Notes: generated by a model from the letters alone, not told the origin. A stretch of 63,504 nucleotides of DNA, filler included, from Octopus bimaculoides (GCF_001194135.2; 8 parts of 6 records of this genome joined end to end with filler, not necessarily neighbours in it); one strand, 5' to 3'. Shown: positions 23,986 through 37,614, numbered from the whole stretch's first letter. Translations and numbers: made by a program.

Positions 23986-26570
23986 GAGATACCTACTAAA
24001 TTAGTGGCATCTGCATTGTAATGTGATGATCCAATGGGGTAGCTTCTATGCGGTCATTCGACTAGCTAGAAATAACAGTCAAACCTTCATACAGTTACAC
24101 TCTATATTCATAAGAAAAAGAAGGACACATTAGATGATGCAGTCCCATGGGTAGAAAAAAAGAAAAAAAAAAGAAAACGGTATAGTGATAGCTGGAATAG
24201 TTTGATCATAGCTCAGCACATTCAGAATTTCTTGACCTTGGGCTATACAGACCATGCGTTATAAGTATTTGGCCATTTGCTTCCCACATAGAAAGAAAAA
24301 ACAAAAAGAGTCAGTAAATTGTTCTGATCATGAAGTAGACTTATGGCCTATGATCAGAGAAAGCCAAATGTAGCTGGACCTATTCATCTCGGTTGTGTTA
24401 CATACAAATAGAAAACGTAGATTTTTCGACATCAGAATAAAGATGTGTGTCTTCTGAGAGACATAACAACTGATCATAATATAGGAAATTGTTCAAAGAA
24501 ATATAAAGGAAGGAGAAAAAGAAAAAGAGAAATAGAACAAATAAAAAAAAAATATAAAAGAATTGTGGGAAGAAAAGCTTGGTTGCCAGAGGTTAGTAGA
24601 TGACAAGCTTATGGCGAGATAAACTTTATTAGAAAAGTGTAGCAGATCAATAAAAGGTAAAAGTGAAACGAAAAAAAAAAAAGAAAATACTTAACAGTTA
24701 AGATATTTGAATCTTAAGATTTTCAACAGAATAAAATAAGAATTTCTGTTCTTTCTAAGAAATGAATATATAATTATTGCTTTATTTTGGTTTTATTATA
24801 TTTCCATTGCATGTGGAGAGACAAAAGTCATGATCTTCATTGAAAGAGGTGGGGCTGTTGAAATTAGTTTTCAGTCCTAAGATTATTAATGGTAGGATTC
24901 AAATTGCTTCGAGTTCTTCAACGTGAGATCAGTAGCTTAATCGCCGCCAGTTACAAAGAAATGGTTCTATTTAATCCTTACATCCGTTATTCCTGCAGTT
25001 CAGAATCATTGTCGCGACACTTATTAAGCTATGGCAGGCTAATATCCTTCGCGTAGCAAACGTTTATAGTAGAAACTCATAGAAAAAGCAAAGAATAAAT
25101 TTCTTCGTTCTGTATTTAATGGCATTTTATGCTGTATTAGATATCAAATCAAAGTTTTCAGTTTTGGGAAGCGAGCCAAACATCTGTCGTCCATTGATGT
25201 AAATGATATTGAACATAAATGAAGGGTTTGGTATGTGACAACATTGTAGCCACGTACGAGAGGGAACAAATTTGAAAAGAGAATTTTGCTAAACGGTATG
25301 CTTAGCTCTTTCGAAAACACTCTCTTTCTTTCCCCACTTACTGCAATCTCGTTCAGTGGCCGTTGAGGAAAATGAAACTAAGAAGGGAATAACCAACGAT
25401 AGAAAATAATTTACAATGCGAGAGATATTTTCAGCCAAACGTGAAATTAACAATTTTATTCATATTAGAGAACTTTAAGGACAGGAACAAGCAAGAAACC
25501 AAAGATATATACTTACTAAAACAAACAACTTGGGACAGATTTAAGAGGCTAAATTCCTTATTTTTTGTTGCTGTTTATTTTAATAATTCGACTATTATTA
25601 ATCAGTCACCAAAACATTAATAAACAGCGTATAATTTTCAATTTTCCTTTCTAGCATAAGACAACAATATCTCTTAAGAAAACGAGAAAGACATCTGGTT
25701 ATGATGTATCATTTTAAGTATGCTCAACGTCCATCTAACTTGATTCAACATTATGTATGCTTCGCTGGGCTCTCTCACTAGTTTGTTTGGCGTATATTCG
25801 TAATATTTTAGTTAGATCTATCCAGATAAGGTTTCGTTAATTATCTTAGCAAGCAAAAATTGTTGAGAGGGAAATGCTATTTTTGTTGTTGTTGTTACTT
25901 AGTTACTTTTTAGTTTACTTCATCGCATAACATAAAAAATACATAAAACAGGAAAAGAACCCCACCAGAAACCTGTACTTGACGACCTGACACACGCTAA
26001 GGACATTGCAAGCGCAAACACTGAAGCAAACACAAACAAACTATATATATATATACACACACGCACACACGNNNNNNNNNNNNNNNNNNNNNNNNNNNNN
26101 NNNNNNNNNNNNNNNNNNNNNNNNNNNNNNNNNNNNNNNNNNNNNNNNNNNNNNNNNNNNNNNNNNNNNNNNNNNNNNNNNNNNNNNNNNNNNNNNNNNN
26201 NNNNNNNNNNNNNNNNNNNNNNNNNNNNNNNNNNNNNNNNNNNNNNNNNNNNNNNNNNNNNNNNNNNNNNNNNNNNNNNNNNNNNNNNNNNNNNNNNNNN
26301 NNNNNNNNNNNNNNNNNNNNNNNNNNNNNNNNNNNNNNNNNNNNNNNNNNNNNNNNNNNNNNNNNNNNNNNNNNNNNNNNNNNNNNNNNNNNNNNNNNNN
26401 NNNNNNNNNNNNNNNNNNNNNNNNNNNNNNNNNNNNNNNNNNNNNNNNNNNNNNNNNNNNNNNNNNNNNNNNNNNNNNNNNNNNNNNNNNNNNNNNNNNN
26501 NNNNNNNNNNNNNNNNNNNNNNNNNNNNNNNNNNNNNNNNNNNNNNNNNNNNNNNNNNNNNNNNNNNNNN

Positions 26571-26603
<33 letters not shown>

Positions 26604-26868
26604 TATATATACACACACAATGTGTGTGTGGGGGGGGGGAGTGTTTGTATGTATCTGTGTGTGTGTGATTCAAAATAGTTAGCATGAAAGACAATATGAC
26701 TGGTTGCATATTAAGTTGGAAATCAGTCAGGAAAAAGAAAGTCATTTTATATAAAACTAATTATATGTGTATATGTAAGTACCTATATATTTCACATACA
26801 GACGCACACACGCACATATATGCAGAAATACATGTGTACATACAAATATGTGTGTGTGTGTGTGTGTG

Positions 26869-26908
<40 letters not shown>

Positions 26909-27086
26909 TACACTCACATATATGTTATATCTACACATGCACACACATATACGAGGGTAAGCCAGAAAGTAACGCAATACTTTCTGACTCACCCACTTAC
27001 ATGCATATATANNNNNNNNNNATACATACATACATGTATGTATATATCTATATATACCTATATATATTATATATAATACATGCACA

Positions 27087-27410
27087 TATAGGAGCACACT
27101 TGGTTGTGCGGTAAGAAGCTTGCTTTCTAACCACTTGGTTCTGAGCTCAGTCCCACTACGTAGCACCTTGAGTGAGTGTCTTTTACTATAGCCTCGGGCC
27201 GACCAAAGCCTTGTACGTAGATTTGGTAGACGAAAACCGAAATAAGTTCGTCGTATACATACACACACACAGAGGCACACACACAAACACACACACACAG
27301 ACATATGGATGTATCTATGTGTGCCTTTGTGTCTGTGTTTGACCCCCATCACCGTTTGACAACCGGTGTTCGTGTGCTTACAGCTCCGTTGCTTAGCGTT
27401 GGTTTTAGTA
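27087..27410 (+). mobile_element. SINE family B copy
   Basis: gtgcggtaagaagcttgctttctaacca...ctatagcctcgggccgaccaaagccttg...gacaaccggtgtt...cttagcg. Confidence 0.8.
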
Positions 27411-27920
27411 CGAATCCTTATTCGGCACCACGATCGTTTCGACCGATCCTGCAGCTATCCCTTGGGAGTAGGATATTGTGCATCTAGTTGTGTTGCATGA
27501 GCAAGTGCTGGCTGTGTCTCTTCAGGTGCTTGGTTTAAATAAATATCCCACTAGATATACTGACCTCTCCCTGGCATGTTGTTCTCGCTCGTTGCATGTG
27601 GGTACACTGACAGCGGGTAGAATGATTTGGGGGGTTGTAGCTCGCAAATGAAACTAGCTATAGTTGACAGTGAATATATAGCAAAAATTAAAATCATAAA
27701 GGATAATGAATAAAACTTGTCAAAGTTAAAATTAAGAAGGATAGGTATACACTCGTTCACATGAACATATATATGTCCGTACATAAGTCAACAAGAACTG
27801 CAGATTTCCTGACGTGATCTGGTGAAAATTATATCGTAATTGTGGGTGACATCAGGTAGCCTAAATGGTGAATGTGCTTTAATCGACAAACTAATAGGCA
27901 TATACTTAAAGTCTGAATAG

Positions 27921-27958
<38 letters not shown>

Positions 27959-28533
27959 ACATACACACATACACACGTTACGTATAATAAAACGCAATGT
28001 GTGTCTCCTCGTCGGTCACGCTGAAAAAAGACGAAAGCAATAAACGGAGTGGGAGTGAATGAAATTCAGAGATGGTAAATGAAGAAGAAATGTAGTAAAA
28101 AGTTCCGTTCTGCAATCACTAATATTTTAAGACGTTCCAAATTCTCCATACATTTCGGAAAATATTATAAAGAAATAAAGAAACCAAGACTGACAAATAA
28201 AATCTTCCTCACACCACGCATTTGATTTTCTTGTAGACATTTTTTTTTCTGTTGTAAAAATAGTTTCCCACGCATTCCATGTTATCACACACTCAACTGT
28301 TAATATGTCATAGTGATAGCAATTTTAGAAATACCTGACTTTTAAACAATACTCTTTCTCTACAGCAACACATAATACATACATACATACATACATACAT
28401 ACATACATACATACATANNNNNNNNNNATACATACATACATATATATATAAATATATATATATATATATCTACAAATGCATATACGTAGAAACACAAGTG
28501 TCTTCAGTCGCATTTGAACTCATTACGTCATGA

Positions 28534-28987
28534 CATCTTCCATGCGTTAGGGAGCGTGGATTCCTGCAGTGGATCGTATTTCCCTTGCATATAAATATAC
28601 ATATACATATAAACATACGATGTGTTTATAGTTGAGGGCTTGAGATTATGGTCCATATTACGGGGATGAACGTTTACATTAATATTTATGATAGTAGTTG
28701 GTACGAAAGGTAGTAAATCTCCGGGTATTGACCAAGATACTGCATTAGTTTCCGTTATATTTCGGTCAACAAGTTGGTGAATCCCTGTGTGTAGTGGGGG
28801 TGGGTTATATGGTCAATCTCGTAACCTAATTGCACTGCTATTTTGTTTGAAAGGCCATGACGCGCGCTGTTATGGTTGGTTACTGTTTAACAGATAACAT
28901 AAAAACAAACTAAATAAAAATATATAAATGTATAAAAAGAAATACGAACCACTGCAGGAATCCACCTTCCCTAACGCATGGAATATG
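28534..28987. mobile_element. MITE with ~48-bp terminal inverted repeats
   Basis: catcttccatgcgttagggagcgtggattcctgcagtggatcgtattt (from 28534) matches the reverse complement of 28940-28987 with 4 mismatches. Confidence 0.8.
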
Positions 28988-29009
28988 TGTGTGTCTATTT
29001 ATATGCATG

Positions 29010-29049
<40 letters not shown>

Positions 29050-29059
29050 NNNNNNNNNN

Positions 29060-29157
29060 GCTCAATAAACACTCACAACGCCCGGTCTGGGAATCGAAAC
29101 CGGGATCCTTTGACCGCGAATCCGCTGCCCTAAGCACTGGGCCATTGCGCCTCCACA
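29060..29157 (-). mobile_element. SINE family E head fragment
   Basis: Reverse complement of gtggaggcgcaatggcccagtg..tagggcagcgga.tcgcggtca.aggatc.cggtttcgattcccagaccgggcg; same as copies at 35758 and 53124. Confidence 0.8.
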
Positions 29158-30464
29158 TGCATAAGAATACATAGATGAAACATACAAATCTGCACACACA
29201 TATATACGTACATACATACATACATACATACATACATACATACATACATCACATCACATCACATCACAGCTGCATCCTCGTTATACGAGAAAAGCCATTG
29301 CCAAGAAGACTTACTGAAATGGTTCATGATTGTTGCCATGTGATGCCCTTCTATGACTTTTAAGCCCGGCCAAGCTTTTACGTATTTTATTACATACTAG
29401 ACAACTGTGCTGTCTGGCAGGAGAAACAGCACTCTCTTAGCATACACACAAACAAAGATACCCTGTTGTTGATGTTGAAATTCCAATGAAGGAACCTTGG
29501 ATCTTAGTTAGAAACCGGTTCTTTCTCTATTGGCAAGAAATCTTGAAATAAACTGAATAATGCCATACATACATGCTTCTACACACATACGCACATACAT
29601 ACATACATACATACATACATACATACAGACATACAGACACATACACACATACATACATAGAGACAGACAGACATACATACTGGGGCTCTGGGATATGTAA
29701 CACTGCATAAATACCAATCTTAGGATGTTAGGCTTCTCAAAACCAGAAAGGAGAAAGCTAATTCGAAGACTACAGAAGCAATCCATCACTGGAACTGTAA
29801 AAATCTGTAAAACTTTCCAGAAGTTTATAATTTAAATATATATGAGCATGACTAGATATGCAAGTATATGTATGAGAATACAAGATACAAAGATACGCGC
29901 ACACGCACACNNNNNNNNNNNNNNNNNNNNNNNNNNNNNNNNNNNNNNNNNNNNNNNNNNNNNNNNNNNNNNNNNNNNNNNNNNNNNNNNNNNNNNNNNN
30001 NNNNNNNNNNNNNNNNNNNNNNNNNNNNNNNNNNNNNNNNNNNNNNNNNNNNNNNNNNNNNNNNNNNNNNNNNNNNNNNNNNNNNNNNNNNNNNNNNNNN
30101 NNNNNNNNNNNNNNNNNNNNNNNNNNNNNNNNNNNNNNNNNNNNNNNNNNNNNNNNNNNNNNNNNNNNNNNNNNNNNNNNNNNNNNNNNNNNNNNNNNNN
30201 NNNNNNNNNNNNNNNNNNNNNNNNNNNNNNNNNNNNNNNNNNNNNNNNNNNNNNNNNNNNNNNNNNNNNNNNNNNNNNNNNNNNNNNNNNNNNNNNNNNN
30301 NNNNNNNNNNNNNNNNNNNNNNNNNNNNNNNNNNNNNNNNNNNNNAACCCTGTAGTTTTTTTTTTTAAGCCATGTACTCATTCTATCGGTTTCTTTTGTA
30401 TGTTCATCTTTTACCAATGTCTTTTGTCTGTTTTTGTTCTTCTAAAAATAGAGGTTCAGCAAAA

Positions 30465-30590
30465 AGCGACGGATAAAATAAGTAACAATCTCACGAATAA
30501 GTGCTGGGGCCGATTTATTCCACTAAACTTTCATCAACGAGGCACCCCAGCATGGCTACAGTCCAATGACTGAAACAAGTAAAATAAAAA
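30465..30590 (+). mobile_element. SINE family B 3' end
   Basis: gaataagtgctggggccgattt...ccccagcatggctacagtccaatgactgaaacaagtaaaa. Confidence 0.75.
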
Positions 30591-31068
30591 AGATCTATGT
30601 ATTTACAAATATATGAATTTCTCTTTGTCTCTTTGTCTCTTTCTCTCAGTGTGTCTACATACATACATACATACATACATACATACATACATAATACATT
30701 CATAGCTATATAAATACATACATATTCATATATATGCATATATGTATGTGTGCGTGTGTGTGCGTGTGTATCTGTGTGTGTGTGTATGTATATCTATTCA
30801 TTATTATTTCAACTGTTGCCGAGGTTCTGTCACATATATTGGAATGGCTTCTTGGGAAACCTGTAGGCAAATGCTAGACGAGGTTATTAATATACAGAAA
30901 TTCCTACATCGCCATAGAAACTAATCGGGACCATTGTCCGGTAGACATAACTATAATTTTCGTCAGTAAGTGTCCATATCATTACTGAATTTGTATTATA
31001 TATATGTATATATATACACACACACATATTTATTTACACACACACATATGTATATACTTGCGTGTGTG

Positions 31069-31115
<47 letters not shown>

Positions 31116-31386
31116 TTGTGCGTGTCTGATGTTTGATATGACAGAATTTCAAGAGCTCCCAGTAAAATTCCTTTAGTGAAGAATTTAGCCAATAATATTT
31201 CGCTTTCCTCAAAGAATTATCTATCTATTTATCTATCTATAAACATACATAGATATAAGCATGCTAATGTATGTATACACACACACNNNNNNNNNNNNNN
31301 NNNNNNNNNNNNNNNNNNNNNNNNNNNNNNTTAATTAATTAANNNNNNNNNNNNNNNNNNNNNNNNNNNNNNNNNNNNNNNNNNNN

Positions 31387-31618
31387 ATAAATAGATAGAT
31401 AGACAGACAGACAGATAGATAAATAGATAGATAGACAGACAGACAGATAGATAAATAGATAGACAGACAGACAGACAGATAGATAAATAGATAGATAGAC
31501 AGACAGACAGATAGATAAATAGATAGATAGACAGACAGACAGATAGATAAATAGATAGACAGACAGATAGATAGATAGACAGACAGACAGATAGATAGAC
31601 AGACAGACAGATAGATAA

Positions 31619-31656
<38 letters not shown>
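31387..31656. repeat. Compound (gata)n/(gaca)n tetranucleotide array
   Basis: Read directly from the sequence; higher-order unit of about 28-32 bp. Confidence 0.9.
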
Positions 31657-31657
<1 letters not shown>

Positions 31658-32222
31658 CACACACATACAAACTTCTTTGTGTGTGTATATGTGTGTGTGT
31701 GCATATGTGTGTGTGTGTCCCTCAACCGTGGAGGCCCCCTGCAACTGCAGGGGCTTAGTGACAACCTTGGTTACTACCCAGAAAGCCGGGTCCGTGTGTA
31801 TCAAGTAAGGCTAGAGATAGGAACGATGATTTCCCTTCGCAAATACTGATCGGACACAGACAGTGTGTCGTTAACCAGCTGGAGGAGCTGTCTTCTTGGG
31901 GTTATAAGCTACTGTAGCATCGTCCCATATGAGTCAGTCACATTTAGGTGTTAAATATACTTCACTATTAAATGGAAAGTAAAAATGAGTGAATTCTATA
32001 TTAAACAAGTAACTATATATATTGGTTCATTTATTTAAATATGTAGACTCTTCTTTTGTTTGAGTGTGTGGAATTGTGCTGGATATTTATAGCGTATATT
32101 TGTGTTTTACTGAGTAAGTATAAATTAAAGTGTGCATATTATTATTTTCGAGAGGTAGAAGAATTGTAAGCAAATAAAAGCCTAAGTTCACTGCTTTCTT
32201 TTTCGAACTGTTGGTATACTTC

Positions 32223-32262
<40 letters not shown>

Positions 32263-32628
32263 GATGGTTATCGTGGAATGCTTATTTCACAAGCAGTCGC
32301 ACGGTCGATCATTCCAAAATCAACAAAGCGGAATACTACAACTGGTAGCAACATGTTGCATACAACACCCCTACCCTTTCACTGCATATTCCGCCATCCA
32401 GTGATTTACTGCTTGTGTCGATGTATTGTTTTGACATGCCTTCCCCCTCCATACGTACACACATACTATGTATGTATGTATGTATGTATGNNNNNNNNNN
32501 NNNNNNNNNNNNNNNNNNNNNNNNNNNNNNNNNNNNNNNNNNNNNNNNNNNNNNNNNNNNNNNNNNNNNNNNATGGTGGCGGCGGTGGTGATGGTGGCGG
32601 TGGTGGTAGTGGTGGTGGTGGTGGTGGC

Positions 32629-32673
<45 letters not shown>

Positions 32674-33714
32674 GATGGTTATCGTGGAATGCTTATTTCA
32701 CAAGCAGTCGCACGGTCGATCATTCCAAAATCAACAAAGCGGAATACTACAACTGGTAGCAACATGTTGCATACAACACCCCTACCCTTTCACTGCATAT
32801 TCCGCCATCCAGTGATTTACTGCTTGTGTCGATGTATTGTTTTGACATGCCTTCCCCCTCCATACGTACACACATACTATGTATGTATGTATGTATGTAT
32901 GTATGTATCTGCGTTGTACTACTTATGTTTCTTTTATCTTGTCTGTACTATTTACCTTTCATAGTGGGGAAGAGTTTTAGAATAACCTCGCCCACAGTTT
33001 CTTATATCACGTATCAAAGGAAGAAAGTACTTATTTGCCTCTTATTATTCACTTATATCACTTGAGAGCCGGTGTGTGCGTGGCTCATTTACATACTCGA
33101 AACTGGGTGGAGTTTATGCAGTAGTGCAACTCTTCTAAGACCATTCTCATATTTGTAAAAGATATTGGTTTTAGGAGTGGCCTTCCAAATAGACGATCAT
33201 TCTGATATTTTACCAGAAGAATCTCTTGCTTTGCGCAGTTTTCTTCACCTTGTTTTCTCAACAATGATGTCTCTGTGATCTGTACTCTCATAGATCTTTG
33301 TGGTTAACGTCACTGCGTATCGAAATCTTTTAAAATATTTTCTTAATGTATCAAATAGATGTAATTTTTAACGCTGAATCCGAATTTGTTATTCATTTCT
33401 TCAAGAAAACGTTTGCAAAAATATTACAGGTGTTCAAATTTTGGTAGTTTTAAGAATTTTCAGCCAATCAGAAAATAGTGCATTCGCTGCCTCTTCCATC
33501 ATCTGTCACAGTAACGAGAAAGCGGTGGAGGGAATGGAGAACTGGCATGTCAAAACTTTAATCAAGTTACAGTAAACAGTGAAAAACTTTAAAAGTTTCG
33601 CAAGCATATTAAGCATTTAAAAACTACGAGCAAACCAACAGGAATTGCTAGAAATAGCAGGCAAAACATTGCTTAAAATAGACATTTATTAGTTTAAAAA
33701 ATTCAAGAACGAAA

Positions 33715-34018
33715 GTTTGCAATATGCTCTAGGATTTTATAGAATAAATTGTTTCTCATATCTCCTTCTCCACATATATTCCCAAATATGAGTCAGCCAT
33801 GGAACGGTATATCCCACACCGGCGTTTGTTTTGACGCTTTAAAGATTCTCAGGTACTCTCGATTTGTTGAGTGTGAGTCCCATTTTTTTAGTTTATAAAT
33901 TCAATGCTATGGTTCACAATTTTATGTTTGAAATCATAGTCCACGATTTCTGGGATATGATTATAAGCTTGCCACAAGTCACTGAAGACAGTTGTTCCTA
34001 GAAGAACTAAGTGTCGTA
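33715..34018 (-). pseudogene. Merlin (IS1595/ISXO2-like) DDE transposase relic
   Basis: Manual translation IRHLVLLGTTVFSDLWQAYNHI...HKIVNHSIEFIN*KNGTHTQQIEST*ESLKRQNKRRCG...DSYL/EYMWRRR. The SDxWxAY, HxxVNHS, HTQxIESxW and YLxEYxWRRR motifs are characteristic; stops and a frameshift are present. Confidence 0.85.
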
Positions 34019-35715
34019 TGCACTTATGATGATAAGAGCAAATGAGAATTCATGATCAGTGTACAAGAGCTGTAAATTTTGAACTAATTCTTCATAAATG
34101 TTCTCTTTTGGACATTCACAACCGCAGTGCAGCTGACTTCTAGAGATGTGCATGACATTTTCTCGCTGTCCCACAACAATACCAGGATAATTATGTTTGC
34201 ACGGAATTGATTTTTTTTTTCTACCGGGGTGTTGTTCTACCAGTATTCAATTTTTTAGATGTGTGAATACCTGCTGGTTTTGATATACCTTTGATGTGTA
34301 TGCCAGGGCGGTCCTTCCTGCTGATACCATTGTAAATAGTCTTTGTAATTATATCATGCCTCAAGGGCAGGTAGCAACTCATAAACATTGTAGGCAGCTG
34401 CTGGGGAAGTGGGTGATATCTTCTACAATGGTATATCAGAGCCGATATTGGAGTATATTTGTCCCTCTTCTTTATCAGGTATTTAGTAACTATCATCTGT
34501 TCCTGGATAGCGAGGGCATATCCTGCTAGGTGGGGGTGTAAGGTGCCTATCGCATGTCCAGCATAAGCTACTATTCCTGTCAATATTGTTGTCTTCAAGC
34601 TTACCGCATATGTACCCATGCCGTGCTTTTTATTAGTATGACACCTCTTCTTCTCCAAGCTTCAGTTTAGGTAAGCCAGTCCAGCCTCCTTTTTGGTCGA
34701 ATGAGACAGCTGTATTCTCAAAGTATTTGTCCAGCAATTCTTCTCCAAATCTGATGTTGTTGGTCTCACTTTTGAGTATACATAGAATGTACTCATGTCT
34801 TTATTTCTGTTCAGCAGGTGTTGTCTGAGTGATACAATGCGACATTTGAAGGCTGTTTGGTGTCTACCACCATCACTTCGTGTCATATCAGTATCGCTGT
34901 TATTATGGAAGTTTGGAGTGGTGGACAGTGGCTTTCTGGTTTTGATGCCTAGGCTAAGTATGTCATCAAGTGACCAGTTCAATAACTCAAATGTTGGTAC
35001 TAGCACTGGTACTGAAAGAACATTGAGATGTGAACTTGTTAAATGCAGACAGCTCTGAGTTCCATATTTTCCGAAGTCTACAGAAGAACTCTTTTTGTCG
35101 TTAATCAGAGCACCAACTTATGGTCTGTTGTGTTTACATTTTATTGAGTTCTTCACTGGTACATTCCACCACTACTCCTTTTTATTATGAGTGGTTATGG
35201 CTTTTACCATATAGTGGGTTTTTTATTTCTTTATCCTCGGGATTATCCTTCCGACGGATTTCATTATAGAGCGTCCTAGCTACAACGTCATGTCTCATCG
35301 GTAGATAATACCGTGGTGACATTTTCGGACAACTGCTTATGATGAGGGGGATATCTTCAGTGTAAACTCCACAAAGTCTGCATCGGTTGTCACATTCTAC
35401 GGCTTTTCCCGCATCTCTATCCTCTTTGTGCATCAGGTACTTGGTTGATATTTCCCGTTCCTGGATTGCAAATGCATACCCTTCAAAGTGGGCGGTAATA
35501 ATCCGGCTATTCGTCCATGATAAACTGGTTTAATGATCAATGTTACTATCATCATGGAGCTTTCTACTAACATATCTATGCATATGTGCGACTTCTTTGG
35601 GCATTAATTTTAGGTTATCAGACAAGGAGTGTTGCTCAAGGAGCTGCCTTCTAAGTCTTATGATGTAATCAGTTTCATGTATGGAAACTTGATCAAAGGA
35701 TGCCCTTCGACTCTT
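34019..35715 (-). pseudogene. RLE-type non-LTR retrotransposon (R4/Dong-like) relics, two partial copies
   Basis: CRLCGVYTEDIPLIISSC...RHDVVARTLYN (zinc knuckle + RHD) at 35185-35433; thumb-like KTRKPL...RSDGGR at 34662-35006; a second AIQEQ...RHDIITKTIYN at 34221-34600; endonuclease-like LWDSEK..CTSLEVSC near 34060-34190. Confidence 0.8.
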
Positions 35716-35757
35716 GGTGTATGTATGTATGTATGTATGTTCAGATACTTTTCGAAA

Positions 35758-36188
35758 ATGTTGTTGGCACTCCGTCGCTTACGACGTCGAGGGTTCCAGT
35801 TGATCCGATCAACGGAACAGCCTACTCNNNNNNNNNNCGTCGCTTACGACGTCGAGGGTTCCAGTTGATCCGATCAACGGAACAGCCTACTCGTGAAATT
35901 AACGTGCAAGTGGCTGTGCACTCCACAGACACGTGTACCCTTAATGTAGTTCTCGAGGATATTCAGTATGACACAGTGTGACAAGGCTGACCCTTTGAAA
36001 TACAGGCACAACAGAAACAAGAAGTAAGAGTGAGAGAAAGTTGTGGTGAAAGAGTACAGCAGGGTTCGCCACCATCCCCTGCCGGAGCCTCATGGAGCTT
36101 TTAGGTGTTTCCGCTCAATAAACACTCACAACGCGATCCTATGACCGCGAGTCTGCTGTCCTAACCACTGGGCCATTGCGCCTCCACA
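35758..36188 (-). mobile_element. SINE family E, near full length
   Basis: Reverse complement of the 53124-53468 copy plus the tRNA-like head. Confidence 0.9.
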
Positions 36189-36834
36189 CTTTTCGAAAAT
36201 AATAAGATTAAAAAGCACTTTACAAACACAAATACATTCATAAAAACTTATAACTAATAATTTAAGTAACTACGTATCTATTTTATATTTCCAGTTACTA
36301 TTTTCCTGTGGATTCCATCGAGTTACGGCAACTGTCTGTACAAAGCAATTGCTGAATTGCAAACATGTGGAACAGAAATAATTGCGAAATTTTCAAGTGT
36401 TTCAGGTAACCCATCTACAAAAGACGAGATCGAAATGATTTGCAAGTAATTTGACTTATTATTTAAATGCAACATATTAATCTAATTGCTCACTACTATA
36501 TGAATTATGTAGACCTATTTTATAAATCAATACAAGCAATTCACAAAGTAAGTTTCACTGAGAATAAGATTGCTGTGAGGATGGTAAACAAAGTAAACTA
36601 TATATCAAAGAATAATCGAACAAATTTAATATCCGATTCAGGCTGAAACAATTAATTAAAACAAGAAATGTCAAATAGCATTTTGATTACTTCTGCTAAA
36701 AGTTTCTCTTCAAAATGTAACTCTTCATTTTTTTTCTTCACAACCTAAAATATATTACGGAGATGCACTTGCATAGCAAGTGACCTGATCTGAGATCGTG
36801 TGCTGGAACGAAAATAATTGCAGCGCGGAAGGTG

Positions 36835-37082
36835 TTTATAAGCCATTTAAAATAACACACAAAATCCGTTAGATTCACTTCAACATTTAAATTTAATTTG
36901 TCAAAATATTTTCGTCGCTTTGAGACCGCGACCTGTTCACTGACAAAATTCTGTGCTGCATCACAGAATTTTGTCAGTGAACAGGTCGCGGTCTCAAAGC
37001 GACGAAAATATTTTGACAAATTAAATTTAAATGTTGAAGTGAATCTAACGGATTTTGTGTGTTATTTTAAATGGCTTATAAA
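36835..37082. repeat. Perfect 121-bp inverted repeat with 6-nt spacer
   Basis: 36835-36955 pairs base for base with 36962-37082 around ctgcat; the ORF track shows mirrored ORFs on both strands. Confidence 0.95.
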
Positions 37083-37538
37083 TAAAATATATTCTAATGT
37101 TTGAAATATTTGTGATACTGTTTACCATATCAAATTGGTATTAGTATCACCCGATTGAAATGTTTTATTTCAAAACTCATCAGACTGTTGAATGATTGTT
37201 AGATTTTAACTCTAGATCTGACCTGACGGAGCAGAGCTAATATTAAAGGTGTTATAGTCGAGACTACATTGTGCTGTTAAGACAGATTTATTTTATGGAA
37301 GTACATTAATTCAATATATCCCTTTATTTTTTAAGATACTATGTACGACTGGTGAAAGGTATAGCTGCTATTTTGAGAAAGGTTCACGACATCGAAAGAA
37401 AACATATTGGTTGATAAACTGGCTGTGATGGTAGATTATTAGACTGAATGTCCACTAGAATATTCAGTTCTTCTCCTCTAGTTTTATGTGTAGGTCCTCC
37501 TAGAGTTAATATGCTAAGTGAACATAGTATAGTATAGT

Positions 37539-37614
<76 letters not shown>

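Noticed and set aside
31745-31810. Exon-like + strand segment cag|GGGCTT...TATCAA|gtaagg ([18 protein letters not shown])
   Set aside because: No recognisable homology or partner exon; such splice-site pairs occur by chance.
32222-32907. Apparent ~270-bp exact tandem duplication
   Set aside because: The two copies sit on either side of an N gap and are bounded by microsatellites; typical unmerged contig overlap.
35773-35892. 55-bp exact direct repeat inside SINE family E
   Set aside because: The copies flank a 10-N gap and the duplication is absent from the 53124 copy; assembly artefact.
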